Below, piece by piece: positions 15,750 through 20,000 of a DNA stretch of 20,000 nt. Within the stretch, counting starts at the first letter, position 1. Every line of letters begins with the position of its first letter. The DNA is taken from the IMG/VR virus record IMGVR_UViG_2667528152_000001. One strand, 5' to 3'. Below the pieces are notes generated by a model. That model made no database searches, was not told the DNA's origin, and saw only the letters and a program-made list of their open reading frames with translations. The DNA comes from an uncultured virus (IMG/VR IMGVR_UViG_2667528152_000001). Lineage: Duplodnaviria; Heunggongvirae; Uroviricota; Caudoviricetes. The translations under genes were made by a program, and so were the position numbers.

Positions 15750-15782
15750 GTAGATAATTAAGCTATAAAAAGGAGAATTTAT

Positions 15783-16532
15783 ATGGCTTCCACTATCGCA
15801 TTTCCGGCAATGGTCAAAGAACTTAGACTTAGTAAGAATTTGACTATGGAACAGTTAGCAGAAGAACTTGGAAAAACAAAGTCGACAATATCAAAATGGG
15901 AAAAAGGGACGCGTTCTCCTAAAATATATGAGATTGAAGAGATAGCAAAATTCTTCGGTGTAGCGCCTAAGAAAATGATGTTTGGAGATAATCCCACTTC
16001 GATTAATCCCCAAGTCGAACTTATCCCATCAATCCTACAAAAAATAACCACAACATCATCACAGCTTGAACACAAGCGACAACTAAACGTGCTTGATTAT
16101 GCCGAAACACAATTAGAACAACAAAACACAGTAGAAGATAGTAAGAATACAGTAGTAGAATTATTCTCTTACAACTACTACGACCATGCTGCTTCTGCTG
16201 GTACAGGGCAGTATCTAAATGATGTACAAGTAGAAACAATTGAATTGCCAGTCGATTATGACGCTGATTTTGTTATTCCAGTCTATGGTGATTCTATGGA
16301 ACCCGAATATCACTCTGGGGACTACGTATTTGTAAAATTATCTGTAGAGCTCGTAGATGGCGATATAGGCGTTTTTGAATATTACGGTGACGCTTATATC
16401 AAACAGCTACTTATACACGCAGAGGGGGCATTTCTGCATAGTCTGAACGACAAGTATAACGATATACTCATAGATAGAGATAGTGATTTCCGTATTATCG
16501 GAAAAGTTGTCGGCAGTTACAGGGAGAGTTAA
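15783..16532 (+). CDS. CI-like repressor (XRE HTH + S24 autopeptidase)
   Basis: LTMEQLAEELGKTKSTISKWEKG HTH; ASAGTG cleavage site; GDSMEP and YIKQL catalytic motifs. Confidence 0.96.
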   Translation: MASTIAFPAMVKELRLSKNLTMEQLAEELGKTKSTISKWEKGTRSPKIYEIEEIAKFFGVAPKKMMFGDNPTSINPQVELIPSILQKITTTSSQLEHKRQLNVLDYAETQLEQQNTVEDSKNTVVELFSYNYYDHAASAGTGQYLNDVQVETIELPVDYDADFVIPVYGDSMEPEYHSGDYVFVKLSVELVDGDIGVFEYYGDAYIKQLLIHAEGAFLHSLNDKYNDILIDRDSDFRIIGKVVGSYRES

Positions 16533-16533
16533 T

Positions 16534-17091
16534 ATGCTGGAAAAAGTTGAACGCTTAATCTCGGAAATTAATAGAATACACCTTGTTTATTCGCAAGATT
16601 ATTTTGAAACTGGGAAAGTTGAAAAGATTAATCTAAAACATACCTTTTCAAAAGTACCTGTCAAGGCTATCCTAGACTATCGTTTAAATCTACACGAATC
16701 CATCAATGATTATTTGATGAAAGCCGATGTCAAAGATATCCCTTACGTCTATCGTGTCAAAACATCAGAAAGCATCTTAGACAAAATTGAGCGTTTTTCC
16801 AAAAGACAAGATGGTTATCCTGTGAATTCTATTCTTAATGATATTTTTGGCGCTCGTATCATTTTATCTTCTGAGGATATTTCACAAGTGATGGAGCAAC
16901 TTGATGAATGGAAAGATAAGTTTGACTTAAAAAACTGGTATTTACGAGATAAAGATAATTACACAGGAATACACGTTTATTTCAAGAATAAGAGCAATCA
17001 CTACTATCCTTGGGAGTTGCAAATTTGGGATGAGAAAGATGTTGATCAGAACATTGAAAGCCATAAATTATTTAAACGTCATTTTGTATAA
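16534..17091 (+). CDS. RelA/SpoT synthetase-domain protein (small alarmone synthetase-like), 185 aa
   Basis: YRVKTSESILDK, NDIFGARII, YTGIHVY and WELQIW motifs. ATG lies 1 nt after the cI stop, with a GGGAG RBS. Confidence 0.87.
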   Translation: MLEKVERLISEINRIHLVYSQDYFETGKVEKINLKHTFSKVPVKAILDYRLNLHESINDYLMKADVKDIPYVYRVKTSESILDKIERFSKRQDGYPVNSILNDIFGARIILSSEDISQVMEQLDEWKDKFDLKNWYLRDKDNYTGIHVYFKNKSNHYYPWELQIWDEKDVDQNIESHKLFKRHFV

Positions 17092-17262
17092 CGTGCCATT
17101 TTACCCCAGTCGAAACGTAAATAGGAAAATTAATAACTATGTGTAATATCTGAACCACGTTAGACGACGTTAAAGACTTTAACGTTTACAGATTTATGAA
17201 AGTTTACAAATTAAAAACAATAGCGAACGAAGCTATGGTTGTCAATGAGTTTAGGAGAAAAT

Positions 17263-18156
17263 ATGGAAAATGAAGTTTTACATGCAACTCACGAGGGTAA
17301 ATTAGTCTTAGATAATACAACTATTGATGTAGCAGTTTTAAATAACGGTCAGCGAATCATCACCCAAGCTGGTGTTTTTAAAGCATTGGACAGACCTAGT
17401 AGAGGCAATACCCGTGTGATCGGAATACCTACTTTTATGGATGCAAAAAACCTTCAACCATTGATATCAAAGGATTTAAGGGGTGTGATCAACAAAATTG
17501 AATATAGGGATTTAAATGGTAGGATTCAATTAGGTTTTGATGCTAACATTTTACCGCTAGTATCAGATTTATATTTAAAAGCTAGAGAAATTGGAGCTAT
17601 CAAATCAGAAGCTCAGATGAGAACTGCACAAAAAGCGGAAATGTTAGTTCGCTCACTTGCGAAAGTTGGTGTTACTGCTTTAGTAGATGAAGCTACTGGT
17701 TATCAATATGAGAGAGAACGTTTTGAGCTTCAAAAAATATTTAAAGCATATATTAGTGAAGAATTACTAAAATGGCAAAAGATGTTTCCAGATGATTTTT
17801 ATATGGAAATTTTTAGATTGAACGGGTGGAGCTACGATGTTCAATCAATTAAAAGGCGTCCAGGTGTTGTTGGTAAATGGACAAACGAATTGATTTATAA
17901 AAGACTGCCTGATGGAGTGTTAGAAGAATTAAAAAGAAGAACTCCAAAAACAAAGAAAGGTCAATATAAAGCTAGATTTTTCCAAACTTTAACACCAGAT
18001 ATAGGACATCCTGATTTAAACGCTCAAATTTATAAAGTTCTTGGGATTATGAGAATTTCATCTAACTGGAAAGATTTCAAAGAGAAATTTAATGTTATGA
18101 CATCTAGAGAAGACGGTATAATTGAATTAGATTTAGAATTTGATGAAGACAAATAA
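17263..18156 (+). CDS. P63C-domain protein
   Basis: ALVDEATGYQYER...WQKMFPDDFYMEIFRLNGW...RPGVVGKWTNELIYKRL...QTLTPDIGHPDL. AGGAG RBS before ATG at 17263. Confidence 0.87.
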   Translation: MENEVLHATHEGKLVLDNTTIDVAVLNNGQRIITQAGVFKALDRPSRGNTRVIGIPTFMDAKNLQPLISKDLRGVINKIEYRDLNGRIQLGFDANILPLVSDLYLKAREIGAIKSEAQMRTAQKAEMLVRSLAKVGVTALVDEATGYQYERERFELQKIFKAYISEELLKWQKMFPDDFYMEIFRLNGWSYDVQSIKRRPGVVGKWTNELIYKRLPDGVLEELKRRTPKTKKGQYKARFFQTLTPDIGHPDLNAQIYKVLGIMRISSNWKDFKEKFNVMTSREDGIIELDLEFDEDK

Positions 18157-18275
18157 AAAAAGCCCCACGCTCAAATTTTGGCCAAGGAGAGCGTGAGGCA
18201 AATTCTAGTATAGTAAAAACCTGCTTTTTGGGAGGGGTTTTTACCATACCTATTTTAACAGAAAATGAGGTATAA
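18155..18275. promoter_or_regulatory. Structured integrase leader with putative antisense promoter
   Basis: Hairpins GCCCCACGCTC/GAGCGTGAGGC and GTATAGTAAAAACC/GGTTTTTACCATAC. Minus-strand TGTTAAAAT at 18260-18252. ATACCT can pair with the AGGTAT RBS. Confidence 0.6.
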
Positions 18276-18279
18276 AACA

Positions 18280-19359
18280 ATGTGGATAGAGGAGCTAGCC
18301 AACGGGAAATTTAAATATATCGAAAGATATACTGACCCTCTAACAAATAAGTACAAAAAAGTATCTGTGACACTAGATAAAAATTCTAGTCAAGCTCAGA
18401 AAAAAGCTGGTTTAATATTGCAGGAAAAGATTGAAGATAGGCTCGCTATCAGAAATCACTCAGAAATGACTTACGGAGAACTTAAAAAGGAATATCTAAA
18501 GCAATGGATACCGACCGTCAAAGACTCCACAAAACGTGGTTATTTAGTATCTGACAGTCATATAGCAACCGTGTTACCAGATGATACAATTATCAACAAG
18601 TTGACTAAACGTGATATTAGACTAATCATTGATAAACTATTAAAACACAATTCGTATCATGTTACGCATAAATGTAGAAAGAGATTGCATGCTATATTTT
18701 CTTATGCGATACAAATGGACTATATGACAAGTAATCCGACGGAGAACGTCTTAGTTCCCAAACCAAAGGATGATTACAAGCCTGAAAAGGTGCTTTATTT
18801 AACATCTAACGAGGTTTACGACCTGTGCAATAGAATGATAGACAATGACGAACAAACGCTCGCAGACATCGTTTTATTCATGTTTTTGACGGGTGTACGG
18901 TATGGAGAATTAGCTTGTCTGACTTACGACAAAATAGATTTTGAAAATAAAGAAATTCTGATTAATGCAACTTACGATTTTAACACACGAGAAATCACTA
19001 CGACCAAGACCAAAAAATCAACACGCAAAATATCTGTATCAGATAATATTTTAGATATCGTCAATAGACAGAAAAAGACAAGTTCATTCGTCTTTCCAAA
19101 TTCGAACGGTGTACCGATTTTAAACGCGTACATCAATAAGCGATTGAAAATTTATGGAGATTATCACACGCACTTATTTAGACACTCGCATATATCATTT
19201 TTAGCAGAAAAAGGGATACCGCTAAATGCGATAATGGATAGAGTTGGTCACAGCGATCCAAAAACAACATTATCTATTTACAGTCACACAACTGTAAATA
19301 TGAAAGAAATTATAAATAAACAAACTGCCCCTTTTGTGCCCCTTTTAAAATCGAAATAA
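18280..19359 (+). CDS. int: Phage tyrosine integrase
   Basis: TGVRYGE, HLFRHSH, RVGH and IYSH motifs; GAGG RBS before ATG at 18280. Confidence 0.97.
   Translation: MWIEELANGKFKYIERYTDPLTNKYKKVSVTLDKNSSQAQKKAGLILQEKIEDRLAIRNHSEMTYGELKKEYLKQWIPTVKDSTKRGYLVSDSHIATVLPDDTIINKLTKRDIRLIIDKLLKHNSYHVTHKCRKRLHAIFSYAIQMDYMTSNPTENVLVPKPKDDYKPEKVLYLTSNEVYDLCNRMIDNDEQTLADIVLFMFLTGVRYGELACLTYDKIDFENKEILINATYDFNTREITTTKTKKSTRKISVSDNILDIVNRQKKTSSFVFPNSNGVPILNAYINKRLKIYGDYHTHLFRHSHISFLAEKGIPLNAIMDRVGHSDPKTTLSIYSHTTVNMKEIINKQTAPFVPLLKSK
19326..19346 (+). repeat. Putative integrase arm-type sites near the att junction
   Basis: Direct repeat TGCCCCTTTT at 19326-19335 and 19337-19346. Confidence 0.6.
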
Positions 19360-19362
19360 AAC

Positions 19363-19388
19363 AAAAAGCCTTTAATACAAAGGCTTTT
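19363..19388. terminator. Bidirectional terminator between int and the tRNA
   Basis: AAAAGCCTTT-loop-AAAGGCTTTT. Confidence 0.75.
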
Positions 19389-19401
19389 GACGTTATTTAC
19401 A

Positions 19402-19473
19402 TGTCCCCTGCCGGAATCGAACCAGCAATTACTCCTTAGGAGGGAGTTGTTATATCCATTGAACTAAGGGGAC
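19402..19473 (-). tRNA. tRNA-Arg (anticodon CCT), likely prophage attachment site
   Basis: Acceptor stem GTCCCCT/AGGGGAC, anticodon arm ACTCC-CTCCTAA-GGAGT and T-loop TTCGATT. Confidence 0.96.
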
Positions 19474-19583
19474 CTAGTAAAAAAACTGCCCACAGGCAGA
19501 TTTTTTACGTCTTGGTTGTCCAGTTTTAAAACATAGTTACTATCCTCAAACAACCAAGCATTTTTAAAATCTGATCATCAAAA

Positions 19584-19931
19584 TTAACGACGGATTTCTT
19601 TAATACGTGCAGCTTTACCTTGCAATGCGCGTAAGTAGTAAAGTTTAGCACGACGTACTTTACCATAACGAACAACTTCGATTTTATCAACACGAGGAGT
19701 GTGAATTGGGAATGTACGCTCTACACCGATACCACCAGAAATTTTACGTACTGTGTACATTTCTGAGATTCCTTGACCTTTACGTGAGATAACAACACCT
19801 TCAAAGATCTGAATACGTTCGCGAGTACCTTCGACAACTTTAGCGTGAACACGTACAGTATCACCAGCACGGAACTCAGGGATATCAGAACGAAGTTGAC
19901 CTTCTGTCAAACTTTGAATTAATGGATTCAT
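19584..19931 (-). CDS. rplS: 50S ribosomal protein L19
   Basis: [35 protein letters not shown]...[19 protein letters not shown]; 115 aa. Confidence 0.99.
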   Translation of the reverse strand: MNPLIQSLTEGQLRSDIPEFRAGDTVRVHAKVVEGTRERIQIFEGVVISRKGQGISEMYTVRKISGGIGVERTFPIHTPRVDKIEVVRYGKVRRAKLYYLRALQGKAARIKEIRR

Positions 19932-19947
19932 TTTTATTCTCCTTCTC

Positions 19948-19985
19948 TTACTAATCTTAAGTACTTGTCTCAGCGGATTAGCCGT
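19948..19985 (-). promoter_or_regulatory. L19 leader (autoregulatory RNA element)
   Basis: Hairpin CTAATC-CGCTG...AAGTAC...GATTAG directly 5' of the rplS RBS. Confidence 0.6.
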
Positions 19986-20000
19986 TTTTTGTGCGTCCAT

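Larger units (their letters stand above)
2478..19401 (-). mobile_element. Streptococcal prophage: lysogeny, early and replication modules (continues beyond the Tn916 insertion)
   Basis: Canonical order int - accessory - cI - cro - antirepressor - initiator - loader - recombinase - ssb - rusA. The integrase abuts a tRNA 3' end. Confidence 0.96.

Noticed and set aside
2489..16239. Numerous antisense ORFs of 60-110 aa in the track (e.g. 2489-2815, 4761-4988, 5755-5982, 8168-8491, 12688-12894, 15779-16075)
   Set aside because: They lie opposite well-supported genes and lack RBS or domain signal.
19932..20000. N-terminal extension of L19 in the ORF track
   Set aside because: The true start is the ATG at 19931 with an RBS; the upstream sequence is the leader.

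Overview
Right end of a Tn916-type conjugative transposon (end of orf7, orf8, xis, int; 1-2477) inserted into a streptococcal siphovirus-type prophage (about 2478-19400). The prophage is integrated at the 3' end of tRNA-Arg(CCT) downstream of rplS; the L19 sequence suggests Streptococcus agalactiae. It carries a replication/recombination module on the minus strand (RusA, SSB, ERF, Gp157, DnaC-like loader, initiator with iterons), antirepressor/Cro/CI control genes and an integrase. Its accessory cargo includes a RelA/SpoT-domain small alarmone synthetase coupled to cI, a P63C-domain protein, a nucleoside-deoxyribosyltransferase-like protein and a complete Fst-family type I toxin-antitoxin locus that the ORF track misses. 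The most unusual region is 9300-10510. It contains a candidate antisense-RNA attenuator in front of the replication genes, a 16-bp long-range inverted repeat abutting a boxA-like motif shared with the Tn916 orf8-xis interval, and a leader-peptide/GAAA-hairpin/antisense-promoter module that recurs at the main lytic promoter (15417-15666). Family assignments are motif recognition by eye, with no database search.
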